A DNA stretch of 19,086 bases from Candidatus Hydrothermarchaeota archaeon. GTDB taxonomy: Archaea > CAYFZR01. The stretch covers positions 1 through 19,086 of the forward strand of contig JBHIEG010000030.1 in assembly GCA_046760505.1 (NCBI GenBank), given 5' to 3'. Shown in pieces: positions 1-9,994 of this stretch (its first letter is position 1; the number at the start of each line of letters is the position of its first letter). Made by a program: the position numbers and the translations under genes. The notes beneath the pieces are model-generated. The model did not search any database. It was not told the DNA's origin and saw nothing but the letters and a program-made list of their open reading frames with translations.

Positions 1-7
1 CCTTTGA

Positions 8-28
8 TCCACCTTTATAAAAGGTGGA
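8..28. repeat. Perfect 9-bp inverted repeat TCCACCTTT-ATA-AAAGGTGGA containing TTTATAAA
   Basis: Seen directly: 8-16 is the reverse complement of 20-28. Function is uncertain (REP-like palindrome, terminator hairpin of the upstream gene, or operator around a TATA box). Confidence 0.7.
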
Positions 29-60
29 GGGGAGGAAAAAAATAGAAAAGGAGACTGAAT

Positions 61-660
61 ATGGAGGAAGAAGCGGAAGGACTGCTGGTACCTTTGGATA
101 AGTATCTTGCAGCCGGAATCCATATTGGCACGCAACAAAAAACAAAGGACATGAAACCATTTATCTACAGGGTTAGACCTGATGGATTGTACGTGCTTGA
201 CATTAAGAAGGTTGACGAAAGATTAAGGGTTGCGGCGAAATTGATCGCCAGATACAACCCAAGGGAAGTGCTGGTCGTTTCTTCAAGACAGTATGGATTC
301 AATCCAATAAAGAAATTCGCAGAGATCACAAACACAATCGCTATACCAGGTAGGTTCATACCCGGGACGCTCACAAATCCAAATTATCAGGGCTACATAG
401 AACCAAAGTTGTTGTTGGTAACGGATCCATTGGGGGATTCGCAGGCAATAAAAGAGGCTCAAAAGATCAAAATTCCGGTAATAGCATTGTGCGATACCAA
501 TAATGCAACAAAAAATATCGATCTAATAGTTCCTACGAATAACAAAGGGAGAAAAGCACTTATGCTAGTATATTGGGTCCTGGCGAGGGAGGTAATGAAG
601 GAAAGAGGAGAAATAAAAGAAGACGATGAGTTTTCATACCAGCTTGAAGATTTTGAGTGA
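61..660 (+). CDS. rps2: 30S ribosomal protein S2 (uS2)
   Basis: Archaeal uS2 motifs [36 protein letters not shown] and PTNNKG. GGAG upstream. Confidence 0.97.
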   Translation: MEEEAEGLLVPLDKYLAAGIHIGTQQKTKDMKPFIYRVRPDGLYVLDIKKVDERLRVAAKLIARYNPREVLVVSSRQYGFNPIKKFAEITNTIAIPGRFIPGTLTNPNYQGYIEPKLLLVTDPLGDSQAIKEAQKIKIPVIALCDTNNATKNIDLIVPTNNKGRKALMLVYWVLAREVMKERGEIKEDDEFSYQLEDFE

Positions 661-669
661 GGGTGAAAT

Positions 670-1500
670 ATGAGAAAACCTTATGTTGCAGGTCAATTTT
701 ATCCTTCAGGTAAAAAAGCACTGAAAGATGCAATAGAGAGTTGCTATCTCCATAGACTTGGACCCGGAAAAATCCCTGAGATAGGTAAAGATAGAAGAAT
801 AGTTGGGGCGGTAGTACCTCATGCAGGTTACATGTATTCAGGACCTGTTGCGGCTTTTGCTTACTATGAAATTGGATCAGACGGAAAACCTGAGACTTTT
901 GTCATCATAGGACCTAATCATAGAGGAATGGGTCCAGGAATAGCTTTGAGCAGTGAGAGTTGGGAAACCCCTCTTGGGAGAGTAAATACTGATGAAGAAT
1001 TCGTGGAGGATTTAAGCTCACTAGGATTCGATGTAGATGACGATGCCCATATGTACGAACATTCTCTTGAGGTTCAACTTCCTTTTTTACAGGAACTCTA
1101 TGGTGATTTCTCTATAGTAGCTATTACAACGTGGATGCAAGATTTTGATACTTGTAAGGAACTGGGAGAAGCAATATCTAAAGTTACAAAAAAGTTAGGC
1201 AGGGAAACTATTGTTTTGGCAAGTACAGATTTTTCACATTACGAACCTCATGAAGTAGCAAGAAAGAAGGATAATATCGCTATCAAAGCGATAGTTGATA
1301 TGGATCCTTTGAAGTTAAGCGAAGTCGTATACTCAGAAAGCATATCTATGTGCGGTACTGGACCTACCATATCTGCCCTTATTGCCTCAAAAGAACTCGG
1401 CGCAAAAACGAGTTCATTGTTGAAGTATGCGACGAGCGGGGATATTACAGGAGATAGGTCTAGGGTAGTGGGATACGCCTCTATTGTTATGAGGAGATAA
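670..1500 (+). CDS. MEMO1-family protein (AmmeMemoRadiSam protein B)
   Basis: MRKPYVAGQFYP, VVPHAGYMYSG, GPNH, EHSLEVQLPFLQ, STDFSHY, SMCG and VVGYAS motifs. Usual position after rps2. Confidence 0.93.
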   Translation: MRKPYVAGQFYPSGKKALKDAIESCYLHRLGPGKIPEIGKDRRIVGAVVPHAGYMYSGPVAAFAYYEIGSDGKPETFVIIGPNHRGMGPGIALSSESWETPLGRVNTDEEFVEDLSSLGFDVDDDAHMYEHSLEVQLPFLQELYGDFSIVAITTWMQDFDTCKELGEAISKVTKKLGRETIVLASTDFSHYEPHEVARKKDNIAIKAIVDMDPLKLSEVVYSESISMCGTGPTISALIASKELGAKTSSLLKYATSGDITGDRSRVVGYASIVMRR

Positions 1501-1502
1501 TT

Positions 1503-2444
1503 TTGATTGTGGCCTCTGCACCCGCCAAGACTATCCTGTTTGGAGAGCATGCGGTTGTCTACGGCGAGCCTAGCATCGCTTGCGCAATTGATTTAAGAAC
1601 AAAAGCAAAAATATCTAAGAGCGATAAAATCGAGATTAAGTCAAGAGACGTTATTAAAACAGACGTTGATGCAATTTTAGACAGAGAAAATATGAGAAAT
1701 AAGAGCGAGTTGAGATACATCCTTACTGCCATAGACAAAACCTTCGAAAAAATAGGTAAGGAAAAAAATTTTTCCTTGGAAATAGATTCTAACATCCCAG
1801 TGGGTGTTGGATTAGGTTCTTCGGCTTCTGTTGTAGCTTCTACTATATGTGCACTTTCTAATTTTTTAAAAGAACCATTAGAAATAAAAGAAATCTCTGA
1901 ACTTGCATACGAAGTCGAGTTGGAAGTCCAAGGAGCAGCTAGTAGAATAGATACTTCTGTTGTAACATATGGAGGAGGAATTTTGGTGAAGGGCTCGGAT
2001 GTAAGACTAATCGATGTAAATTTACCCTTGGTGATAGGCAACACTGGAATAAAGGGAGATACGGGTAAGTTGGTCTCTATGGTAAGAGAGAGAAGAGAAA
2101 GAAATCCGGAAATAATCGATAGGATTATCGCTTCTATCGGAAATATTACTCTTAAGGCACTGGATGCATTGAAAAACAAGGATCATAATAAGATAGGCGA
2201 ACTCATGGACATAAATCACGGACTGTTAGATTCCTTGGGTGTTGTAACAAGAGAACTCTCAGAGCTCGTACACTTAGCAAGAAGAGAAGGATCCTTGGGA
2301 GCAAAAATGACCGGAGCTGGAGGAGGCGGCTGTATAATCGCATATGCTCCAGGAAAAGAAAATAACGTGGTAAAAGCGATAAGAGAAGCAGGATACTCTT
2401 CTTTTATTTCCTCTATTTCCAAAGAAGGAGTAAGATTAGAGTGA
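1503..2444 (+). CDS. mvk: Mevalonate kinase
   Basis: GHMP motifs SAPAKTILFGEHAVVYG, PVGVGLGSSAS and KMTGAGGGGC. TTG start. Next to ipk and fni. Confidence 0.93.
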   Translation: MIVASAPAKTILFGEHAVVYGEPSIACAIDLRTKAKISKSDKIEIKSRDVIKTDVDAILDRENMRNKSELRYILTAIDKTFEKIGKEKNFSLEIDSNIPVGVGLGSSASVVASTICALSNFLKEPLEIKEISELAYEVELEVQGAASRIDTSVVTYGGGILVKGSDVRLIDVNLPLVIGNTGIKGDTGKLVSMVRERRERNPEIIDRIIASIGNITLKALDALKNKDHNKIGELMDINHGLLDSLGVVTRELSELVHLARREGSLGAKMTGAGGGGCIIAYAPGKENNVVKAIREAGYSSFISSISKEGVRLE

Positions 2445-3235
2445 TAATTAAAATAGGCGGATCAGTGATATCCGACAAGAATGTGGATTACAGCTTTAGG
2501 GAAGATACCATAAGGAGACTTGCAAGGGAGATAAAAGAAATAGAAGATGATTTGATTCTTGTTCACGGAGGAGGATCATTTGGCCATCCTATTGCCAGAA
2601 AATTCAAAATTAGAGAGAAATTTTCGCGTGAAGGTTTTGCAAAAATCCATTGTGGCATGAGAAAATTGAACTTCATGATATCAAGGTGTTTTATTGAAGA
2701 GGGTGTTCATGTAGTAGGCGTATCTCCCTCATCCCTTGTTATTCTCAAGAAAGGTAAGGTTCATCGAATCTACATTGAAACAATAAGGAATATGATTGAA
2801 TTGGGGATTGTACCACTTTTACACGGCGACGTAGTTTTAGATTCGGAAAAGGGAGCAGATATATTATCTGGTGATCAAATAGTCAGTTTTTTGGCAAAAG
2901 AATTTGGAATGGACGTGATATTCTTGACTGACGTAGATGGTATCTATACAAAAGATCCAAAAAAATACGATGATGCAAAGCTGATAAGAGAATTAGATGG
3001 GAAATTTTTGGACAAAATTAAATTGGAAGAATCTTATTTAAATAGCAAAGATGTAACTGGAGGCATGAAAAAAAAATTAGAGGAAATACAGAAAATTGTC
3101 AAATACTCAAATGTTATTGTTGCAAACGGAATGCGCCAAAATGTTATAAAACTCGTATTGGAGGGGAAGGGACCATATACAACTATTGAGAGGAAAGTTT
3201 ATGGGAAAGAAAGACATGGAAAAAAGAAAACTTGA
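2441..3235 (+). CDS. ipk: Isopentenyl phosphate kinase
   Basis: Amino-acid-kinase fold motifs IIKIGGSVISDK, VHGGGSFGH, LHGDVV, SGD and DVTGGM. GTGA overlap with the mvk stop. Confidence 0.92.
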   Translation: MIIKIGGSVISDKNVDYSFREDTIRRLAREIKEIEDDLILVHGGGSFGHPIARKFKIREKFSREGFAKIHCGMRKLNFMISRCFIEEGVHVVGVSPSSLVILKKGKVHRIYIETIRNMIELGIVPLLHGDVVLDSEKGADILSGDQIVSFLAKEFGMDVIFLTDVDGIYTKDPKKYDDAKLIRELDGKFLDKIKLEESYLNSKDVTGGMKKKLEEIQKIVKYSNVIVANGMRQNVIKLVLEGKGPYTTIERKVYGKERHGKKKT

Positions 3236-4271
3236 ACACATCAATATCTGCCTCAAAGAGAACGTAGAGAGCAGGAGAACCACAGGATTTGAGGATGTCC
3301 ATTTCGTTCATGAGTGCATTCCAAACATAAACTTCGGAGATATAGACTGTAGTTGCGAATTATTTGGAAAAAAACTATCTGCTCCAATAATCGTAGCCGG
3401 AATGACGGGCGGACATAAAAATACAAAAAAAATTAATAAGAACATAGCAAGAGCCGTGCAGGATCTCGGTCTGGGAATGGGTGTTGGAAGCCAAAGACCC
3501 GGAATGGAAGAAGAGAATTTAATGGACACATATAAGGTGAGAGACGAGGCCCCGGACGTATTGCTTTTTGCAAACTTAGGCGTTTCACAGTTCATGGAAT
3601 ACACCTCCAAAGAAGCAAACAAGGCTGTAGAGGAGATAGAAGCTGATGTGCTTGCGATACACTTCAACCCTTTGCATGAGGTAGTCCAGCCGGAAGGAAA
3701 TGTAGAAACCAAGGGATTGAAGGAAAGGTTGAAAAGAATTATAAAAGAAGTAAGATATCCATGCGTTGCAAAAGAAACTGGAGCGGGGATTTCATATGAA
3801 AATGCCCTCGAACTTGATAGGATGGGTTTTTCCGGAATAGATGTTGGAGGCTTAGGAGGCACTTCATTCTCTGCTGTAGAGACCTATAGAGCTAAAGAAT
3901 CTCCGAGGAAAAAAAGGTTGGGAGAAGTTCTGTGGGACTGGGGCATACCAACAGCAATTTCTACATTTGAGGTGAGGAGAGCACTGCCAGATACCCAGAT
4001 AATATCGACAGGAGGAATAAGAACTGGCTTGGATATTGCAAAAGCCCTAGCATTGGGGGCAAACGCGGCAGGAATAGCATTACCCGTCCTTGAAAGAGCC
4101 ATAAAGGGAGAAAAACAAACTAAGGAATACCTGGAAGAAATAATCCTTCAACTCAAGGCAGTCATGTATTTATTGAATGCCGAGACAATAAAGGACTTAA
4201 AAAGTAAACATATTGTGGTCTGCGGAAAGACACGGGAGTATATAATGGCGAGGGGTTTTGAAATTGGATGA
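3201..4271 (+). CDS. fni: Type 2 (FMN-dependent) isopentenyl-diphosphate delta-isomerase
   Basis: RKLEHINICL, MTGG, GVGSQR, KETGAG, GGTSF, WGIPT and GGIRTG motifs. The start is more likely ATG 3201 or 3216 than TTG 3186. Confidence 0.95.
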   Translation: MGKKDMEKRKLEHINICLKENVESRRTTGFEDVHFVHECIPNINFGDIDCSCELFGKKLSAPIIVAGMTGGHKNTKKINKNIARAVQDLGLGMGVGSQRPGMEEENLMDTYKVRDEAPDVLLFANLGVSQFMEYTSKEANKAVEEIEADVLAIHFNPLHEVVQPEGNVETKGLKERLKRIIKEVRYPCVAKETGAGISYENALELDRMGFSGIDVGGLGGTSFSAVETYRAKESPRKKRLGEVLWDWGIPTAISTFEVRRALPDTQIISTGGIRTGLDIAKALALGANAAGIALPVLERAIKGEKQTKEYLEEIILQLKAVMYLLNAETIKDLKSKHIVVCGKTREYIMARGFEIG

Positions 4272-5256
4272 GATTAATGTTCTTAGCATATTGGAAGAAA
4301 AATCAAAGAAGGTAGATCCAGTAATACTTTCTTGCTTTGAGGGGCGAGAAGAACCGACTAATCTTTATAAGGCATCAAGACATCTAATTGAGGCTGGAGG
4401 AAAAAGAATAAGACCATCCCTTACAATTTTGTCTTGCCTTGCGCTTGGAGGAAATGAAGAGGAAGCATTACCTGTTGCAGCTGCTTTTGAACTCATACAT
4501 ACCTTCACCCTTATTCACGATGATATAATGGACGATGATGATTTTAGGAGAGGATTGCCAACAATTCATAAGAAATGGGACGTTCCAATCGCAATACTAT
4601 CAGGAGATACCTTATTCGCACTAGCCTTTGAGTTGATTTCCTCAAGCGGTCTAGATTCACAAATATCGAAGGAGATATTAAATCTCTTAGCAAGAACAGC
4701 AGTAATCATATGTGAAGGCCAAACGATGGATTTAGAATTTGAAAAGAGATGGGACGTCAAAGAGGAAGAGTATCTCGAGATGGTGGAAAAGAAAACGGCT
4801 TCATTGTTAAGCGCATCAGCAATGGCTGGATCAATCGTTGCAAAAGGCACGGAGGAACAGGTAAATCAGGTAGCAAATTACGGTAAATACCTTGGAATAG
4901 CATTCCAGATAAAGGATGATTTGCTTGGTATCGTGGGGGAAAGGTCTGAGCTAGGCAAACCAGTTGGGAGCGACATCAAGAAGGGAAAGAAAAATTTGAT
5001 TATTCTGCACGCATTGGAAAACTCTGAAGGAGAAGATAGGGAATTTTTACTGAATCGACTTGGTAAAGATTTTCCGAACGATGAATTAAATAAAATTATA
5101 AGAATACTTGAAAAGACAAAATCAATAGAGTATGCGGAAAATAAGGCAAAAAATCTAATTAACAGGGCAAAAAAATGCATTAATACACTTCCTAAATCAG
5201 AGCCACAGGAAATATTGCTCAAGCTAGCGGATTTTGTAGTAGAACGAAAGTTTTAA
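4258..5256 (+). CDS. idsA: Geranylgeranyl diphosphate synthase (short-chain polyprenyl synthetase)
   Basis: GGKRIRP, first Asp-rich motif FTLIHDDIMD (Phe five residues before the motif, typical of C20 product), GQTMD, KTA and FQIKDD. TTG start at 4258 or 4264. Confidence 0.92.
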   Translation: MKLDEINVLSILEEKSKKVDPVILSCFEGREEPTNLYKASRHLIEAGGKRIRPSLTILSCLALGGNEEEALPVAAAFELIHTFTLIHDDIMDDDDFRRGLPTIHKKWDVPIAILSGDTLFALAFELISSSGLDSQISKEILNLLARTAVIICEGQTMDLEFEKRWDVKEEEYLEMVEKKTASLLSASAMAGSIVAKGTEEQVNQVANYGKYLGIAFQIKDDLLGIVGERSELGKPVGSDIKKGKKNLIILHALENSEGEDREFLLNRLGKDFPNDELNKIIRILEKTKSIEYAENKAKNLINRAKKCINTLPKSEPQEILLKLADFVVERKF

Positions 5257-5259
5257 GAA
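5245..5259 (+). promoter_or_regulatory. Putative BRE-TATA promoter of the rpl7ae operon
   Basis: CGAAAGT (BRE-like) directly followed by TTTAAGAA, overlapping the idsA stop. Predicts a transcript start near 5281-5283. Confidence 0.6.
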
Positions 5260-5281
5260 CTAAATACATTATTGTAGAGAA

Positions 5282-5329
5282 GACCTATACAATGACTGAT
5301 GAGGGGAAATACCCTAAAGGAGGTAGTTC
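5282..5329 (+). promoter_or_regulatory. rpl7ae 5'-leader kink-turn element (L7Ae autoregulatory site)
   Basis: Hand folding gives two stacked k-turn-like motifs (bulges AAU and GAU, each followed by GA) that enclose the GGAGG Shine-Dalgarno. K-turns in archaeal l7ae leaders are established. Confidence 0.7.
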
Positions 5330-5332
5330 GTT

Positions 5333-5704
5333 ATGGCAAAAGCCGTTTATGTTAGATTTGAAGTTCCGAAAGATATCTATGAAAAAGCTTACGAGGCAGT
5401 AGAATTAGCAAGAACAACTGGAAAGATTAAAAAAGGAGTTAATGAAACAACTAAAGCAGTAGAGAGAAAAGAAGCCGAATTAGTGATCATAGCTGAGGAT
5501 GTTGACCCTCCTGAGATTGTTGCGCATCTGCCAATTCTATGCGAGGAAAAGGAGACACCCTATGTATACGTTCCAAAGAAGTTTGATTTAGGAAGTGCTG
5601 CTGGAATAGATGTTTCTTCTTCAGCAGTAGCGATTGTCAAACCAGGAGATGCAAAAGAATTGATAGAGGAAATAGTAAGTAAAATTGAAGATTTAAAGAC
5701 ATAG
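5333..5704 (+). CDS. rpl7ae: 50S ribosomal protein L7Ae (eL8)
   Basis: [41 protein letters not shown] and LGSAAGIDV. Confidence 0.98.
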   Translation: MAKAVYVRFEVPKDIYEKAYEAVELARTTGKIKKGVNETTKAVERKEAELVIIAEDVDPPEIVAHLPILCEEKETPYVYVPKKFDLGSAAGIDVSSSAVAIVKPGDAKELIEEIVSKIEDLKT

Positions 5705-5714
5705 GAGGATCTAA

Positions 5715-5924
5715 ATGACTGAAGAATCAACTCCAGCGGAGGTTATAGAAATCAAGGGAAGAACTGGAATGACAGGAGAGGTGATTCAGGTTAGATGTAA
5801 GATACTAGAAGGTAGGGATAAGGGACGAATACTTACAAGAAACGTAATGGGTCCTGTGAGAGTGGGAGACATTCTGGCCTTAATGGAAACCGAGAGAGAG
5901 GCAAAGAAACTATCAGCCCCTTAG
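5715..5924 (+). CDS. rps28e: 30S ribosomal protein S28e
   Basis: [27 protein letters not shown] and [22 protein letters not shown]. Confidence 0.97.
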   Translation: MTEESTPAEVIEIKGRTGMTGEVIQVRCKILEGRDKGRILTRNVMGPVRVGDILALMETEREAKKLSAP

Positions 5925-5933
5925 GTGATATTT

Positions 5934-6110
5934 TTGCCTGAGAAAAGGAAATGTTCATTCTGTAAAAATGATATGAAACCAGGAACAGGAAAGATGTTTG
6001 TAAAGAATGATGGTACCATATTCTATTTTTGTTCTTCTAAGTGCGAAAAAAACATGTTGAAGTTGAAGAGGATACCAAGAAAGGTAAAATGGACATCTTA
6101 TTCTAGATAG
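5934..6110 (+). CDS. rpl24e: 50S ribosomal protein L24e
   Basis: CSFC...[12 protein letters not shown]...FCSSKCEKN...PRKVKWT. Start placed at TTG 5934 because the ORF-track GTG 5925 is part of the GGTGA Shine-Dalgarno. Confidence 0.95.
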   Translation: MPEKRKCSFCKNDMKPGTGKMFVKNDGTIFYFCSSKCEKNMLKLKRIPRKVKWTSYSR

Positions 6111-6171
6111 AACGGTTCAGATAACAATAAAATTTAGATAATAATGAAAAAAGGTTTGGGAAAGATTGAGT

Positions 6172-6624
6172 ATGGAAAGAACGTTCGTCATGATAAAACC
6201 AGATGGAGTTTCAAGAGGACTAATGGGCGAAATTATAAGACGTATAGAGAGAAGAGGCCTTAAAATTTCTGGAATGAGGATGGTATGGATTGATAGAGAG
6301 CTCGCGGAAAAACTTTACGAAATACATAAGGATAAGCCGTTTTTTGAGTCGATAATTTCTTTTATAACTTCTTCTCCTGTTTTGACCATGGTAGTTGAAG
6401 GAAAGGATGTGGTAAAGGTAGTTAGAGACATGATCGGGTCTACAGACCCAAAAGATGCTTTAACAGGAACTATACGCGGAGATTTTGCAATTGATGTTGG
6501 AAGAAACGTTATACATGCTGCTGATTCTCTAGAGAATGCGGAAAGAGAGATTTCCCTATTTTTTACAGAAGAGGAAATATATAACTACAGAAGAACAGAT
6601 GATGACTGGTTGTATGAGGTGTAG
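6172..6624 (+). CDS. ndk: Nucleoside diphosphate kinase
   Basis: [20 protein letters not shown] and NVIHAADS (catalytic His). Alternative start TTG 6166. Confidence 0.97.
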   Translation: MERTFVMIKPDGVSRGLMGEIIRRIERRGLKISGMRMVWIDRELAEKLYEIHKDKPFFESIISFITSSPVLTMVVEGKDVVKVVRDMIGSTDPKDALTGTIRGDFAIDVGRNVIHAADSLENAEREISLFFTEEEIYNYRRTDDDWLYEV

Positions 6625-6626
6625 AT

Positions 6627-8402
6627 TTGAAAATAAGACAGATTATTACTTCTGTTCTTGGTCATGTAGATCATGGAAAAACCACTCTTCTAGACAAAAT
6701 AAGAGGAACTGCGATAGCACAGAAGGAATCCGGAGGAATAACGCAGCATATAGGCGCTACAGAAATACCAATCGAGACAATCAAGGATATATGCAAGGGT
6801 TTAATAGATGAGTCTAAATACAAAATAAGAATTCCTGGTCTTCTTTTCATAGATACACCCGGTCATGAGGCATTTACTACTCTCAGGAAGAGAGGAGGGG
6901 CATTAGCAGATCTTGCTCTCTTGGTTGTAGATATAAACGAGGGGATCCAACCCCAGACCATCGAGTCTCTAAACATTCTTAAACACTACAGAACTCCATT
7001 TGTGGTAGCAGCAAATAAGATAGACATGATATACGGGTGGCAAGCAAAAGAAAACTCGACTTTTCTCGCCTCTTTAAAAAATCAAAGCAGTTTTGTAAGG
7101 GAGAAAATAGACGAGAAACTTTACAGTCTGGTTGGTGAACTATACAAATATGACTTTAGTTCTGAGAGATTTGATCGAGTGAAAGATTTTACAAGGGAAA
7201 TTGCAATCGTTCCGGTAAGCGCTAAATCGGGTGAAGGTATACCTGAACTTCTCATGGTTTTGATTGGACTTGCACAGCAGTATCTAACGGAAAGTCTCAA
7301 AATAGAGGTTTCAGGACCCGGAAAGGGCACAGTAATGGAAGTAAAGGAAGAACATGGGTTAGGAACAACGTTGGATGTAATACTGTATGATGGATCTATA
7401 AAGAGGGGAGATAAGATAGCTATCGGTGGATTAGATGGAGTAGTAGTTACCAAGGTGAAGGCACTCCTAAAACCAAGACCTTTGGATGAAATTAGAGACC
7501 CCAGGTTTAAATTTCAACGATTCAATGAAGTCTATGCTGCTAGCGGAGTTAAGATCGTTGCAAAAGGTCTAGAAAACGTGATCGCTGGTGCCCCTTTGTT
7601 GGTAGTTGAAGAAGATTTGGAATCTGTGAAAGAGAGTATAATTTCTGAAATAGAAGGAATAAGAATTGAAACAGAAAGTCAGGGAGTTGTTTTAAAGGCA
7701 GATACCTTAGGATCCCTTGAAGCCACAATAGGTCAGCTTAGAAAATTAGGCATACCCATAAGAAAGGCAGATGTCGGTGATGTATCGAAAAGAGATGTAA
7801 TAGAAGCCTATTCTGTCAATCTCAATGACCCTTATCTCGGAGTTATAATTGCCTTCAATGTAAGAATATTACATGACGCATTGGAAGAAGCGGAAAGAAC
7901 CGGTGTAAAAATATTTCAGGATAATGTCATATATAGACTCATAGAAGATTACGAAAGGTGGGTAGAAGAATCAAAATTAGAGGAAAGAAGAAAAGAATTT
8001 GAAGCCTTAACACAGCCTGGAAAGATTCAAATTCTTGCAAATCACATATTCAGGGCCAGTAAGCCAGCGATTGTGGGTATAGAAGTGATTTCGGGATCCA
8101 TACGTCCAAAATATAAACTCATGCAATCTAATGGATCCATAGTGGGAGAAATAAGGAGCATTCAAGAAGAGAGAGAGAACATAAGCATAGCGAAAAAGGG
8201 AGATAGGGTTGCCATCGCTATAGAGGGGGCTGTAGTGGGAAGAAACATAAATGAAGGTGATTTTCTTTATGTATTCATACCAAATGGTCATTTATCCAAA
8301 TTCGATAAATTCCTAGACGAATTGAGCAATGATGAGTTAGGTGTACTTCAAGAGATAAAAAGTATAATAGAAAAGAAAAGGAAGGGTGAATCCTATGACT
8401 AA
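6627..8402 (+). CDS. infB: Translation initiation factor aIF5B (IF-2)
   Basis: LGHVDHGKTTLLD, GGITQHIGA, DTPGHEAF, NKID and KADTLGSLEA. TTG start after GAGGTG. No intein evident at 591 aa. Confidence 0.97.
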   Translation: MKIRQIITSVLGHVDHGKTTLLDKIRGTAIAQKESGGITQHIGATEIPIETIKDICKGLIDESKYKIRIPGLLFIDTPGHEAFTTLRKRGGALADLALLVVDINEGIQPQTIESLNILKHYRTPFVVAANKIDMIYGWQAKENSTFLASLKNQSSFVREKIDEKLYSLVGELYKYDFSSERFDRVKDFTREIAIVPVSAKSGEGIPELLMVLIGLAQQYLTESLKIEVSGPGKGTVMEVKEEHGLGTTLDVILYDGSIKRGDKIAIGGLDGVVVTKVKALLKPRPLDEIRDPRFKFQRFNEVYAASGVKIVAKGLENVIAGAPLLVVEEDLESVKESIISEIEGIRIETESQGVVLKADTLGSLEATIGQLRKLGIPIRKADVGDVSKRDVIEAYSVNLNDPYLGVIIAFNVRILHDALEEAERTGVKIFQDNVIYRLIEDYERWVEESKLEERRKEFEALTQPGKIQILANHIFRASKPAIVGIEVISGSIRPKYKLMQSNGSIVGEIRSIQEERENISIAKKGDRVAIAIEGAVVGRNINEGDFLYVFIPNGHLSKFDKFLDELSNDELGVLQEIKSIIEKKRKGESYD

Positions 8403-8781
8403 GATAATTATATCTGATCCATCGACGCAAAGAAGTTATGAGTACAACATAGAAAAGATTGACGTTTTGCTGGGAACAAAGATAGGGGACACGATAGATG
8501 GATCTATCATTGGACTCAAAGGATACAAACTAAAGATTACTGGCGGGAGCGATAAAGATGGCTTCCCAATGAGGAGAGATATTCCTGGAACCGGTAGAAA
8601 AAGAATCTTAATTAGTAAAGGACCAGGATATAATCCAAAGGAGAAAGGGATTAGGAGAAGAAAAACCGTTAGAGGCAATACTATATCTGATGCAATCGTT
8701 CAAATAAATGCGAAGGTAGTAGAACATGGAAAAAAGCCCTTAGATGAATTGATGGGCGGTGATAAAGATAGCAAAGAGTAA
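8395..8781 (+). CDS. rps6e: 30S ribosomal protein S6e
   Basis: [22 protein letters not shown] and [16 protein letters not shown] 8395 lies 5 nt after GGTGA. Confidence 0.96.
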   Translation: MTKIIISDPSTQRSYEYNIEKIDVLLGTKIGDTIDGSIIGLKGYKLKITGGSDKDGFPMRRDIPGTGRKRILISKGPGYNPKEKGIRRRKTVRGNTISDAIVQINAKVVEHGKKPLDELMGGDKDSKE

Positions 8782-9994
8782 ACAACCTGAAATTAACATC
8801 GGAATGGTAGGACACATAGATCATGGCAAAACTACATTAACAGAGGCTTTATCTGGAATATGGACAGATACACATAGTGAAGAGATAAAAAGGGGCATTA
8901 CAATCCGATTGGGATATGCTGACGCTGAGTTCTATAAGTGTCCCACTTGCGATGAGCCCCAATGCTACACCACTGAAAAGGTATGTCCAATAGATGGATC
9001 CCCAACCGAGTTTCTCAGGATGGTCTCTTTTGTAGATGCACCGGGACACGAGACCCTTATGGCAACCATGTTGTCTGGCGCAGCATTGATGGATGCCGCA
9101 ATACTCGTTATAGCTGCTAACGAACCCTGTCCTCAACCGCAAACAAAAGAACATCTTGTGGCACTGAATATTATAGGAGTAAAAAACATTGTGGTTGTTC
9201 AAAACAAAATTGATTTAGTTACAGAAGAGCAAGCATTAAAAAATTATAAAGAAATCAAGAGTTTTGTATCTCAAAATTTGGGAGAAGACGTTCCGATTAT
9301 TCCTGTGGCTGCCCAGCACAGAGCAAACATAGATGTACTTATAAAGGCCATAGAAGAATACCTTCCTACTCCTAAGAGAGACGAGAAAAAACCATGGAAG
9401 ATGTATATAGCCAGATCTTTTGACGTGAATAAACCCGGTACAAGGCCTGAAGATCTTGTAGGCGGAGTAATAGGAGGTTCTCTTTCACAAGGCAAGGTAG
9501 CAGTTGGAGATGAAATCGAAATAAAACCTGGAGAAAAGAAAAAAAGGGAAAAGGGTTACGAATCCATCTTTACAGATGTAGAGTCCATAATGCATGGCGG
9601 TCGAAAAATCAAGGTAGCACGTCCTGGAGGATTGCTAGGAATTGCAACAGGCTTGGATTCTACCTTAACGAAGGCAGACGGGCTAGCTGGTAAGGTAGCG
9701 GGAAAACCCGATACCCTTCCACCTGTTTTGAGCAAAATTTCTCTCGAGGCGTATCTTCTTGAAAGAGTTGTCGGAACAAAAGAGGAGAGAGAAGTTTTAC
9801 CTATCAAGAAAGGAGAACTTTTGATGCTAAATCTGGGCACTTCGACCACACTAGGAACGGTTACTTCTGTAAAAGATAATTACCTAGAATTACTGCTTAG
9901 ATTACCAATTTGTGGCCAAACAAATGATAGACTAGCGATTAGCAGAAAGATAGGCGAAAGATGGAGATTGATCGGTCATGGGATCTTATGTTAA
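8759..9994 (+). CDS. eif2g: Translation initiation factor aIF2 gamma subunit
   Basis: [18 protein letters not shown], Zn knuckle CPTC...[22 protein letters not shown] and RWRLIG. Start is GTG 8759 or possibly ATA 8768 (see findings). Confidence 0.97.
   Translation: MIKIAKSKQPEINIGMVGHIDHGKTTLTEALSGIWTDTHSEEIKRGITIRLGYADAEFYKCPTCDEPQCYTTEKVCPIDGSPTEFLRMVSFVDAPGHETLMATMLSGAALMDAAILVIAANEPCPQPQTKEHLVALNIIGVKNIVVVQNKIDLVTEEQALKNYKEIKSFVSQNLGEDVPIIPVAAQHRANIDVLIKAIEEYLPTPKRDEKKPWKMYIARSFDVNKPGTRPEDLVGGVIGGSLSQGKVAVGDEIEIKPGEKKKREKGYESIFTDVESIMHGGRKIKVARPGGLLGIATGLDSTLTKADGLAGKVAGKPDTLPPVLSKISLEAYLLERVVGTKEEREVLPIKKGELLMLNLGTSTTLGTVTSVKDNYLELLLRLPICGQTNDRLAISRKIGERWRLIGHGILC

Noticed and set aside
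5296-5318. Hammerhead-ribozyme-like core CUGAUGA-stem II-NAAA
   Set aside because: The invariant GAAA is UAAA here and no stem I/III with a cleavage triplet is evident. The k-turn model explains the sequence better.
6536-6811. 91-aa plus-strand ORF spanning ndk/infB
   Set aside because: It is an alternative frame overlapping two conserved genes and has no recognisable features.
6627-8402. Possible intein in aIF5B
   Set aside because: The length (591 aa) and continuous G-domain motifs show no insertion.
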